NCBI GenBank assembly: GCA_021324885.1
Contig: JAJPIF010000025.1
Location: forward strand, 46,713-110,712
Length of the DNA stretch: 64,000 bases
DNA from: Pseudomonadota bacterium
Lineage (GTDB): Bacteria; Desulfobacterota; Binatia; Binatales; Binataceae
Reading direction: 5' to 3'
Shown: in pieces, positions 9,723 through 17,979 of the stretch
Numbering within the stretch: the stretch's first letter is position 1
Layout: each line of letters opens with the position of its first letter
Translations under genes and position numbers: made by a program
The notes under the pieces: generated by a model
What the model saw: the letters and a program-made list of their open reading frames with translations, nothing else
Databases searched by the model: none
What the model was told of the DNA's origin: nothing

Positions 9723-10553
9723 TTGGATAAGAGTCATGGCACCGGGCAAATCCATCGGCAGACCAAGGCATACCAGGACACACGCTTCCTCGAAAGCAGG
9801 GAGGCGCGCGCGTTGCGCATTCTCGCCGAGTACCTCGAACCCCTGTCGCGCTTCAAACGCCACGGCGTGCGCGACACCATAGTGTTCATGGGTTCAGCGC
9901 GTTTGTTGCCGCGCGACAAGGCCGAGCGGGCGCTTGAACAGGCGAAAGCGGCGGGAATTGGCGTGGAGTCAGCGGCCACCGCGCTCGAGCTTTCGGCCTA
10001 CTACGAAGCTGCGCGCGAGCTCTCGTACAGACTGACGTTGTGGTCGAAAAAGCTTGACCATGGCGAGCGCCGCTTCGTGGTGTGCACGGGCGGCGGACCC
10101 GGCATCATGGAAGCCGCCAATCGCGGCGCGTCGGAAGCGAAAGGATTGAATATCGGACTGACTATTTCGATTCCCAACAATGAGTTCGACAATCCTTATG
10201 TCAGTCATGAGATGCGCTTTCATTTCCACTACTTCTTTATGCGCAAATTCTGGTTTGTCTACCTCGCCAAAGCGGTAGTGCTGTTTCCCGGCGGTTTCGG
10301 CACACTCGACGAGTTCTTCGAGATCCTCACTCTGGTGCAAACGCGAAAGATGAAAAAGCGCATGCCGATCGTGCTGTTCGGGGCAAAGTACTGGAACGAG
10401 GTATTGAACCTCGGCGCTTTAGTGAAATACGGCACCATCAGCTCCGGCGACGTCGAGCTGTTTCACCGCACTGACTCGGTCGATGAGGCCTACGATCTCA
10501 TAACCCGCGGACTTATCGAGAACGCGCTTGGAAGCCCGGGCGCGGAGCTCTAA
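9723..10553 (+). CDS. LOG family protein (TIGR00730; cytokinin riboside 5'-monophosphate phosphoribohydrolase-like, long YgdH/PpnN type)
   Basis: TTG start at 9723 with GAGGTGA Shine-Dalgarno 5 nt upstream. No in-frame ATG/GTG until far downstream. Motifs VFMGSAR, TGGGPGIMEAANRGA, PGGFGTLDEFFE. Confidence 0.75.
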   Translation: MDKSHGTGQIHRQTKAYQDTRFLESREARALRILAEYLEPLSRFKRHGVRDTIVFMGSARLLPRDKAERALEQAKAAGIGVESAATALELSAYYEAARELSYRLTLWSKKLDHGERRFVVCTGGGPGIMEAANRGASEAKGLNIGLTISIPNNEFDNPYVSHEMRFHFHYFFMRKFWFVYLAKAVVLFPGGFGTLDEFFEILTLVQTRKMKKRMPIVLFGAKYWNEVLNLGALVKYGTISSGDVELFHRTDSVDEAYDLITRGLIENALGSPGAEL

Positions 10554-10688
10554 CAGGGTGTGGAAAAAGTCGAGATGCACCTTTATTTATAGATGAGATG
10601 CTGCGAGCGCCCGGCCCAGTGTTTATATATAGGCGCCTAATTCCAAAACATGATGGCAATTTCTGCTTTTGGCTTTTTGTGCTAACTT

Positions 10689-11396
10689 GTGCCCATGTTC
10701 AGGAAGTGTATTCTCAACCGCGGCCCTCACTTCGCCAACGCGGCTTCGGGAATGGTCGTGCGAGGATTCGTGGTTGTCGTGCTTGTCCTTTGCCTCTGTG
10801 CAATCACCCGTGCCTCTGATTATGCAGCGGCGCCCTCGCAGTCGGCGCAGCGTCCGGTCTTCGTCGCGTGCGGTGAATATGCGCGCAAGGCGAGCGCTCA
10901 CATGCGCGGGATTGTAAGCGCCGTCGATCAGGTCTGGGACGCTCACGTCAGGGTTTATGAGTCGGTAGCGGTCGAACCTCCGCACGCGCGGCCCGGTGGA
11001 TGCATCATGTACAACACCGCTTATCTCAACATGCTGCTTCAGGATCTGTTGATCCGAGATCGGACGGTCGCGCAATCAATGCTGTACGCGATCATGGCTC
11101 ATGAGGTCGGGCACGAGCTGCATCACGATTTCAGCCCTCAACGCGCAAGCGTGCCAACCGAGACCAAAGAACTGCAAGCGGACCGATTCGCCGGATATAC
11201 AATGGAACGGCTCAATATAAACCTTGACAATATCGTGCCCTATTACAGCCTGGCGGGAGACGAATTCACCGGACAAGTCGGCCGTCCCGCCAGTCACGGC
11301 GAAAGCATGCAGCGCACCGACGCGCTCAAAAAGGGCTGGGACCAGGCGGAGTGGAACCAGCCCGAAGACTATCAGGGGCTGTCAGAAGACCAATAG
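10689..11396 (+). CDS. secreted minimal M48-like zinc metallopeptidase (HExxH ... ExxAD)
   Basis: GTG start 10689 (alternative ATG 10695). N-terminal signal/TM (VVRGFVVVVLVLCLCAITRA). HEVGHELHH zinc-binding motif followed by TKELQADRFAGY, resembling the third-ligand ExxAD motif of M48/HtpX-type peptidases. Confidence 0.5.
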   Translation: MPMFRKCILNRGPHFANAASGMVVRGFVVVVLVLCLCAITRASDYAAAPSQSAQRPVFVACGEYARKASAHMRGIVSAVDQVWDAHVRVYESVAVEPPHARPGGCIMYNTAYLNMLLQDLLIRDRTVAQSMLYAIMAHEVGHELHHDFSPQRASVPTETKELQADRFAGYTMERLNINLDNIVPYYSLAGDEFTGQVGRPASHGESMQRTDALKKGWDQAEWNQPEDYQGLSEDQ

Positions 11397-11490
11397 AGGC
11401 AAAACACTCTCAGCGAGAGAACAAATTCGGGATATCAAGAAGCACCTGAGCCAAGGCGCTGTGCTTGCGATCTAGCGATGCGTTACGGCT

Positions 11491-12111
11491 CTAAAGCGAG
11501 CGCCGCAACCGCGACGGGCGACGTCGTCCCGTTGTCCGGGGGGAGCAGGAACCGCCGGCCGCCTCCGCCCGTCTGCCGGACAATGTCGCGGTTTGGGCCG
11601 CCGATCTTCGCGGCGTGGCGGAGAGGCCCAGCACTCCCAGCAGGCGGCCTTCGATGGACGCGAGTTGCTCGGATATCGAGGCCAGGCCAGCGGCTTCCGC
11701 CGATATCGCTTCCGTCAAATCGCCCATGGGCAGTCTGAACGCCCCGTCCTCAACCGCCTTGTGAAGATCCCGCGCGTATTCGGCAACCGCCGTCTGGAGA
11801 TAATGGCACTGCCACCAGCGGGAGCGGGCCATGGCTTCTCCGATCGCGGCCCGATCGAGTACGGCGTCGTTTGCAGCCGCCCACCGGGCAACGCACTCGG
11901 CGATGGTGCGCACCGTGTCGCGGGGCAGCTTGGCCGCGATCAACGGATTGATCTCCCATCGGTCGGCGCGCCGGGCGAGCTCGACCCAATAGGTTTCCGC
12001 GCCGTTGCGCAGCGGACGCTCGCTGGCGCGCGCCACACGGACGCGGTCGCGCCCGAGCGGGTTGATGGTAAGGGTTCCGATCGGCGTCTTTACCTGCAAC
12101 TCCGGGTACAT
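11491..12111 (-). CDS. hypothetical protein
   Basis: 206 aa ORF with protein-like composition. The opposite-strand ORF 11593..12168 is low-complexity and was rejected. The C-terminal third is Arg/Ser/Gly-rich, so the 3' end is uncertain. Confidence 0.35.
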   Translation of the reverse strand: MYPELQVKTPIGTLTINPLGRDRVRVARASERPLRNGAETYWVELARRADRWEINPLIAAKLPRDTVRTIAECVARWAAANDAVLDRAAIGEAMARSRWWQCHYLQTAVAEYARDLHKAVEDGAFRLPMGDLTEAISAEAAGLASISEQLASIEGRLLGVLGLSATPRRSAAQTATLSGRRAEAAGGSCSPRTTGRRRPSRLRRSL

Positions 12112-12806
12112 TATTGTGGCACGCCAGCCTCCCTACTTTGTGTAATTAAAACTTACATGTATCAATAATCGGTCTATCCTGCAAGTTGTAGCTCCCGCTT
12201 AAAGCCACATGCTTGAGACTTTCAAACCGGATTTTCAAACCAGGTGGATAATTGGCCCGCGCGCCACTCAAAATCCGGACGGCTTGCGCCTGGCTGACCC
12301 GCAGGATTATTGAGCAGCCACGGATCGCTCTGTCGCTGGACATGCAATTCGTTTCCCTCTTCAGGCGCAAGTGACGCGAGCCCACTCGGGAAAGCCCCCG
12401 GGAGCGCCCCGCCTTTTCAACAAAAAGTAGGATGGTTTTACATTTTAGCTGACACAATTTAGATAATATTGATTAAGACATCATACATATGACATGATTT
12501 TCATATTTAATGCCTGTTAAGCCAGCGCTCATTCGCTTTTGAGATCTTGACGGTTTTTGGCTAAAATAATCGCGTTTATTGGCCTCTATGGGCAGGCAGT
12601 GTGACTGTGAAGACGATTGGAGACATGGGCGGGATTGTCGGCGTAAGCACATCCGTGGAGGTAGGTGACAGTTTGAATTCACCGGTCTGCGCATTCTTGC
12701 GTCGCACCGCTTCTTCCGGGGCGGGCAAACGGGGCCTGAGCGAAGGTGCCTGTACCAAGTCGGCACAGTTTCATCATCGGCCGGTCAGGACGGAGAGCAA
12801 ATAAAA
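12112..12806. other. AT-rich non-coding spacer upstream of the vWA-PP2C-kinase triad
   Basis: About 700 bp without a convincing ORF. Local GC falls to about 35-45% (e.g. 12420-12540) against about 63% around it. Ends in a GGAGAG ribosome-binding site before the vWA start. Confidence 0.5.
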
Positions 12807-13427
12807 ATGGTTGAGCGGATTGGAGCTATCACCGAAACCAAACGCTTCGAACAACTCGGTATCCTGGTGTTGGACGGATCTCCCTCGATGCAGGTTCCGG
12901 GTGAGACTGGTGTCCCCAAGACGGAAGAGGTCGCGTCCGCCGTCCGCGATCTGATTTTGAGAATGCGCAACTCGCGCCTCAGGTCCAATTTTTTTCTTTC
13001 TATCTTGAGCTACGATGAGAAAGTCAGAGGCCGACTCCCACCCACTCCGGTTTCGGAAATAGATGAAACCGCTGACTATAGTAATAATTTCGAGCACGGC
13101 AATGGCACCGCGATGGGTGACGCCTTGGAAGCCGCCGGCAAAGTTGCCGCGGAATTCCTGTCCAATCAGGGAGCAATTCCACGTTCGGCCGTTATTGTTT
13201 TAATGACCGACGGCCAGAATACCACCGGGAAAGATCCGGTCATGGTGGCCAACGCCATAAAAAACAGCGGACAGCGTATCTCGATCTGTGCGGCCGGATA
13301 CGGCAAGGACATTGACGAGGCCGGCTTGAGGAAACTGGTCAGCACGGCCAACAGCTATAAGCATACATACAATATCGAGGAATTGCGGCAGTTTTTCGAG
13401 GCCAGTATCTCAGTGGTAAGTGGATAG
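12807..13427 (+). CDS. von Willebrand factor type A (vWA) domain protein, TerY-like
   Basis: 206 aa. MIDAS motif DGSPSM at 12873-12890 (LVLDGSPSM), downstream VIVLMTDGQNT and AAGYG strands typical of vWA folds. Confidence 0.8.
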   Translation: MVERIGAITETKRFEQLGILVLDGSPSMQVPGETGVPKTEEVASAVRDLILRMRNSRLRSNFFLSILSYDEKVRGRLPPTPVSEIDETADYSNNFEHGNGTAMGDALEAAGKVAAEFLSNQGAIPRSAVIVLMTDGQNTTGKDPVMVANAIKNSGQRISICAAGYGKDIDEAGLRKLVSTANSYKHTYNIEELRQFFEASISVVSG

Positions 13428-13556
13428 GCTCTGAGGGCGCAATCAGTGCTGTCGAACCGAGCGGATCCGGTCGAGAGCGGACTTTAAGCGCGCAGCAGCG
13501 CCGTCCTTGAACGATTGGAATGAGCCAATCCTGTTGCGACTCGACTAAAAAGTCCT

Positions 13557-14477
13557 ATGAATAAGGCCAATCCTTACCCCTATCTGCTCATCAACACTCC
13601 CAGAGAAGCTGCCCCCTACACGATGCCCGGTATAGCGGCTGCCGCGACGGTCACTTCGAAGGGAACCAACCAGGATTCCTGCCAGATACGGTGCGCGGAC
13701 AACTTCTGCGCAATCGCGGTTGCCGACGGTCTGGGCACTTCGTTCGACGCCCACCTGGCCGCCTCGATAGTAACAACCGCTTTCGTGGAGGAATGCGGCG
13801 CCTTGGCCGCCCCAGGAGTCCTCCCTAGCACCGGTGCGGTGAACTTGGTATGGAAGAGGGTTGCCAAGCAACTGCATGATCACTATGTGCAGAGCCCCGA
13901 CCGCTATTTCGAACAGTCGGCGCCGCTGCAAACGACCCTGCTAGCGCTGATCGATACCGGCGACACGTATCTGTTCACCTATCTCGGCAACGGCAGCCTG
14001 CTCTATCTTCGCGGTGATTTCTGGCGCTTCAAGGGCAGGGACTGGCCTTGGTGCAGCACCGATCTAATCGTCAGCCACTCGTTCTTGGACAATGCGGGCA
14101 GAAGCAGACTTTACGGGATCATAGGACCCAACGGCCTGACGGCGGAACCCAACATGGGGCTGCTATCGAAGGATCAACGCTACGGGGAGTTCCTGATTCT
14201 ATGCACCGACGGAATAAGTTCGGCCGATAGTTTGAAAGTGGGACGGGATCCGCAGGAAAAGCTCTGGCTCGAAGCCAATAAAAACCTGGAAATCCTGATC
14301 AACCATGCGCTGCCCCGGTTTCTCGCTGAACTGGCAATGGATGCGCCCCCTGAACAGGCGCTGAGCGCGACCCTGAACACATATTTAGCCGGACAAAGTT
14401 TCGACGACGACGCGACCGTCGCGGTGCTGGTGTCGCGCCAGGCTATTGCTTATGCAAAGCAAAGATTTGGAAGATGA
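13557..14477 (+). CDS. PP2C-family serine/threonine protein phosphatase
   Basis: 306 aa; PP2C motifs NQDS, AVADGLGTS, LILCTDGISS. Stop overlaps the start of the next gene (ATGA at 14474-14477). Confidence 0.8.
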   Translation: MNKANPYPYLLINTPREAAPYTMPGIAAAATVTSKGTNQDSCQIRCADNFCAIAVADGLGTSFDAHLAASIVTTAFVEECGALAAPGVLPSTGAVNLVWKRVAKQLHDHYVQSPDRYFEQSAPLQTTLLALIDTGDTYLFTYLGNGSLLYLRGDFWRFKGRDWPWCSTDLIVSHSFLDNAGRSRLYGIIGPNGLTAEPNMGLLSKDQRYGEFLILCTDGISSADSLKVGRDPQEKLWLEANKNLEILINHALPRFLAELAMDAPPEQALSATLNTYLAGQSFDDDATVAVLVSRQAIAYAKQRFGR

Positions 14478-16234
14478 GCACCGCACTTTACATCAGCGGA
14501 GCCTGTGTCCGCTCGGGCCTTGGTCTGACTGCGGAGGAAGACAGCGCCCATGTCATAGAAATCGAAGACCGTCCGCTCGCGAAAGCAGGCGCGCATGGCA
14601 GTATCTTCCGCGCAATCAGCGTGGACGGCAGGCCCGTTTCCCGAAAACTGGTTAAGTGGCTGGCCGGCGGCTTTCCGCCCGACCTCGAGGAGATTCTCAA
14701 CGCATTGCGCATCCACCTCGCGAGCTATCCGCCCGAGGAACGCGTCGCCCTGAGCGCCCTTCCACTATTCATGTTCGAGAGCAGCCGCGCGGGTAAGCCG
14801 TTTCACGGCTACCTGATGCGCGAGGTGGAAGGCATCAATTTTCTCGACATTCTGGTCCAGGACATCAATACATATATCAATCTGCCTTTGGAAACGAGAC
14901 TGCGTCTGAGTCTTCAGTTTGTCGAAGGCATGAACGTCCTCTACGGATGCAACATCATTCATGCCGATCTTAACGGGCAGAACCTGATGGTGGATCTGGA
15001 GAACCAGAAACTCTCGATTATCGATATAGATGGCGCTGCGGTGGGCAGAGCCGATAATATACCTTTCGCTTTAAAATTCGAGCCCGGGTGGCTCGCGCCT
15101 GAAATCGATCGCCAACTCGTCGGCAGCACGCGCAAAGCTTCGGCGACGCTGGACACGCGGATCGACCTGTGGTCAATCGCGTGCGGGCTGCATTATCTGA
15201 TTTTCGGACTTTCTCCCTTTTTCTTCGCCGCCAGCCAGACGGATGTCGAACGCTACCTGGAACGCTACAGCTGGCCCTCTCTGAAGGGGATTGAGGGAGT
15301 CGAACTTCAAAATCAGGATGCCTTCGACTATTTCGAACGAGCCTATCTCGAGGTTCCCGACCTGCATCCGCTCTTTCAGCAGTCGTTTCAGCCGGGATAC
15401 CGTGATCCGTCGGCGAGAATCAATCCTTATCAATGGATGCGGGTTATACGGCGCTCTCTTCTAAAGATATCGTCGCCGCCAAAGAGAACCGAAGCCGCGG
15501 CACAGGTCCGCCGGTACGTCACCCTGGCCCTGGATGATGGAGCGCTGACCAAGAGCGAGGAAGCCTTCATTCTGGACCAGGCCGACCACCTCGGCATCCC
15601 AAGACTGGATCTGACCAGGCTGATCGAAGAGGAGTTCCGGAACTGGCGCAGCAGCATCGACGATGCCCTGGCGAAGAAGAAGGGACGCAAAACCGCGCAG
15701 CCGGAAACGATGGGCCGGCAAATAAAGCTCTTTCCCGTGTCCGGCGAGACGGCGGAGCATCACTTGCGAGCTCACACCGCTGTCTTCCTCGCCATACTGC
15801 TCGTATGCCTGATGGCTTCCCTGAGGTTCAGGAGCTCGCAGGACCTCGCCTCATTTCCACCGCCGCTCACGCCACGGTCGTCGGATGCGGAACCCACAGT
15901 CCCCGGCACTCCGGTTTCCCAGCCGCTCGCATCAGCCGTGCGCCGCTCTCAGGTCTCATCTCGACGTTTGTCATCTGAACGTTTGTCGTCCGAGGTCGAG
16001 CGCCTCCTCGCCGAGCAGGGATATTCCGGGATCAGGGCAAAGGTCAGGAAGTCCGGCAAAATCTATCTCTACGGAATCGCAAACAGCGCCCAGGAGCAGG
16101 AAGATATAATCTGGACGGTGCGTACGATCCGGCGCGTTCGAAAAGTCATATCCCACTTGCGATTGGCACCACAGAACGACAGCGAAGAGATCACCGCCCA
16201 ACAAGATTCATCGGCCGGTTTTCAATCGCATTGA
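14474..16234 (+). CDS. protein kinase-like (ePK-like) domain protein with TM segment and C-terminal BON-like domain
   Basis: 586 aa. Catalytic-loop-like HADLNGQN (about 14960-14983) and DFG-equivalent IDIDG (about 15018-15035). Glycine-rich-like AKAGAHGS and a Lys in VSRKLVK. One hydrophobic TM helix (TAVFLAILLVCLMASL). C-terminal about 60 aa (IRAKVRKSGKIYLYGIANSAQEQEDIIWTVRTIRRVRKVISHL) has the BON-domain pattern. Confidence 0.7.
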   Translation: MSTALYISGACVRSGLGLTAEEDSAHVIEIEDRPLAKAGAHGSIFRAISVDGRPVSRKLVKWLAGGFPPDLEEILNALRIHLASYPPEERVALSALPLFMFESSRAGKPFHGYLMREVEGINFLDILVQDINTYINLPLETRLRLSLQFVEGMNVLYGCNIIHADLNGQNLMVDLENQKLSIIDIDGAAVGRADNIPFALKFEPGWLAPEIDRQLVGSTRKASATLDTRIDLWSIACGLHYLIFGLSPFFFAASQTDVERYLERYSWPSLKGIEGVELQNQDAFDYFERAYLEVPDLHPLFQQSFQPGYRDPSARINPYQWMRVIRRSLLKISSPPKRTEAAAQVRRYVTLALDDGALTKSEEAFILDQADHLGIPRLDLTRLIEEEFRNWRSSIDDALAKKKGRKTAQPETMGRQIKLFPVSGETAEHHLRAHTAVFLAILLVCLMASLRFRSSQDLASFPPPLTPRSSDAEPTVPGTPVSQPLASAVRRSQVSSRRLSSERLSSEVERLLAEQGYSGIRAKVRKSGKIYLYGIANSAQEQEDIIWTVRTIRRVRKVISHLRLAPQNDSEEITAQQDSSAGFQSH

Positions 16235-16331
16235 CCAGGAGCAAAATCCCCCGGATTCATTATGCCGAAGCTGGTTTCCTGAAGCTTCAGCGTCCCGCCT
16301 GAATTCGCGTGGGGCGCGGCTCGCTGCCGAC

Positions 16332-17945
16332 TCAGGGGAACCAGTACACCGCGCGGGCGCCGCCGGGCCGCGAGTCGATTTCGGGTGTGACGGCGGTTCC
16401 GGTCCTGGCAAACAAGACCGACACGGCATCACGGTAAATAATTTTCCAGCGCCGATCGCCGGCCATGATGCGATAGGCGCCACCTTGCGGATTTATAAGC
16501 ACGAAGTCGTGCGGGTACCGATCGAGTAACCTGTTCCCGCCGGGCCATGCATACAGGAAAGCCATATATTCCTGCAGTACTGAGTCCGGATACACGACTT
16601 CGCACCGCCCATCGACAAAGATCCTGTCATCCGGACCGCCGTGCCAGATCAGGTAAGCGCCCCAGCTCAGTTTGTTCAGTATGTTCCCATGCAGACCGTG
16701 GTCGGTCATGTATTGCACGGCGCCCTTCGGAACCGGGTTCCACGTCCTCAGACGGGTGGAAAACTCGCCACCTAATATCAGCAGGATCAGCGCGGCTTCA
16801 AGTGGAAAAACTACGGTCAGCAGCCGTGAAGGAGCCGCTTTACTCCTCTCCTTCCCGGACTGTCGACGCTTTTCCATAATAAGACCGGCATGATGAGCCA
16901 AAGGAATGCTCAGGGCTATCATCGCCAGCGGCACATTGCGGGAACTGTATATTGCCGCCGCGATAAAGATTGCGGCGACAGCCGCAAGCGGGGCATCCTC
17001 ACCATCCGGCACCGCGACAACCGCACCGAGGAAAGCGACGAACAGGACGAGCGGGATGACGAACTCCATTTCGTGCAACGGCGATTGATGCCATTCGTAG
17101 ATCATTATGTCCGGCAGCGAGAGCCAATCCACAATGAATTTCCTTATAAACGGATGGGACACCGAGTGCAGCACCGTGTCCCAAAGGCCGAAACCGAAGG
17201 GATTGACCAGGGTCGCCATCGCACATGCAATTGTAACCGCACCGATCCTGCAGGCCCGGGAGATCCTCCGCCCCGTTCCCATCTCCCGCCAGCCCACAAA
17301 CAGACTCGTAACTGATAAAGCTCCAAGACCGACGACGAAGCCACCATGCAGATTTGCCCAAAGGGCAAACAGCGGCACCAGCGGCCACATTCGTGCCCGA
17401 CCCTGATAAACCTCGCCGGCGAGAATCGCCATCAGGACGCTCAGCATCGCGATCGTAAATAACTGAGGTCTGAATTGCGCGTAAGGAGCAATACTCGCCG
17501 CTGCCGCGAGCAGAACAATTCTCCGCATGCTGGGCGAAGCCTTGGTCCGGGACAGTCCCGCCGCGAGGCCGGCGACGGCCACGCCAACGCATAGCAGTTT
17601 GACAACCTTCAGCCCTATGATCCCCAGCGAGTCGTAAAAAAAAGCAAAAATAAGCTGCGCCAACCACACATGATTATGCCATGGTTGCACGGGACCCGAA
17701 TACGAAAATGAATTACGCGGCGGTATGTAACCCCCGCTCAGCATTTCGCGCCCCAACAAAATATGCATCCAAAGATCGGGGTCGGCGAAATTTACACAGG
17801 CGGCAGCCGCAATTGCCAGTATCACGAATGCGGGAGAAGACTCCAGCAGCCCAGGTCCGGACTGAACCGGTGTCTGCGGAGCTGTAAGCTGCGGCGCTTC
17901 ACAATTGGCTGCTTGCGGCGAGGCCGTCGCGCGGTTCATTTTCAA
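16332..17945 (-). CDS. large polytopic membrane protein, putative GT-C-fold glycosyltransferase (family unassigned); paralog A1
   Basis: 537 aa; more than 10 predicted TM helices then a C-terminal soluble domain. First-loop acidic motif DPDLWMH. Clearly paralogous to the next gene (shared ADPDLW.H, LWANxHGGF, WK.IYRD). Confidence 0.55.
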   Translation of the reverse strand: MKMNRATASPQAANCEAPQLTAPQTPVQSGPGLLESSPAFVILAIAAAACVNFADPDLWMHILLGREMLSGGYIPPRNSFSYSGPVQPWHNHVWLAQLIFAFFYDSLGIIGLKVVKLLCVGVAVAGLAAGLSRTKASPSMRRIVLLAAAASIAPYAQFRPQLFTIAMLSVLMAILAGEVYQGRARMWPLVPLFALWANLHGGFVVGLGALSVTSLFVGWREMGTGRRISRACRIGAVTIACAMATLVNPFGFGLWDTVLHSVSHPFIRKFIVDWLSLPDIMIYEWHQSPLHEMEFVIPLVLFVAFLGAVVAVPDGEDAPLAAVAAIFIAAAIYSSRNVPLAMIALSIPLAHHAGLIMEKRRQSGKERSKAAPSRLLTVVFPLEAALILLILGGEFSTRLRTWNPVPKGAVQYMTDHGLHGNILNKLSWGAYLIWHGGPDDRIFVDGRCEVVYPDSVLQEYMAFLYAWPGGNRLLDRYPHDFVLINPQGGAYRIMAGDRRWKIIYRDAVSVLFARTGTAVTPEIDSRPGGARAVYWFP

Positions 17946-17979
17946 GACGTCGAGTGTGTTGGATTTCCGCTGCTGTCAG

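Noticed and set aside
9070-9882. 270-aa plus ORF overlapping the end of the amidohydrolase and the LOG gene start
   Set aside because: Out-of-frame overlap with two motif-supported genes. The product is Arg-rich low complexity.
11593-12168. 191-aa plus ORF opposite the hypothetical gene 11491..12111
   Set aside because: Low-complexity Arg/Gly-rich translation. The minus-strand product has more protein-like composition, though both remain uncertain.
15961-15990. Short in-frame tandem repeat (CGTTTGTC-ATCTGAA-CGTTTGTC-GTCCGAG) encoding RRLSSERLSSE in the kinase linker
   Set aside because: Only two units in a low-complexity linker. No evidence of a functional repeat array.
16235-16331. Inverted repeat GAAGCT-N10-AGCTTC in the convergent gap after the kinase gene
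   Set aside because: Weak 6-bp stem without a U-tract. Could be a bidirectional terminator, but support is minimal.
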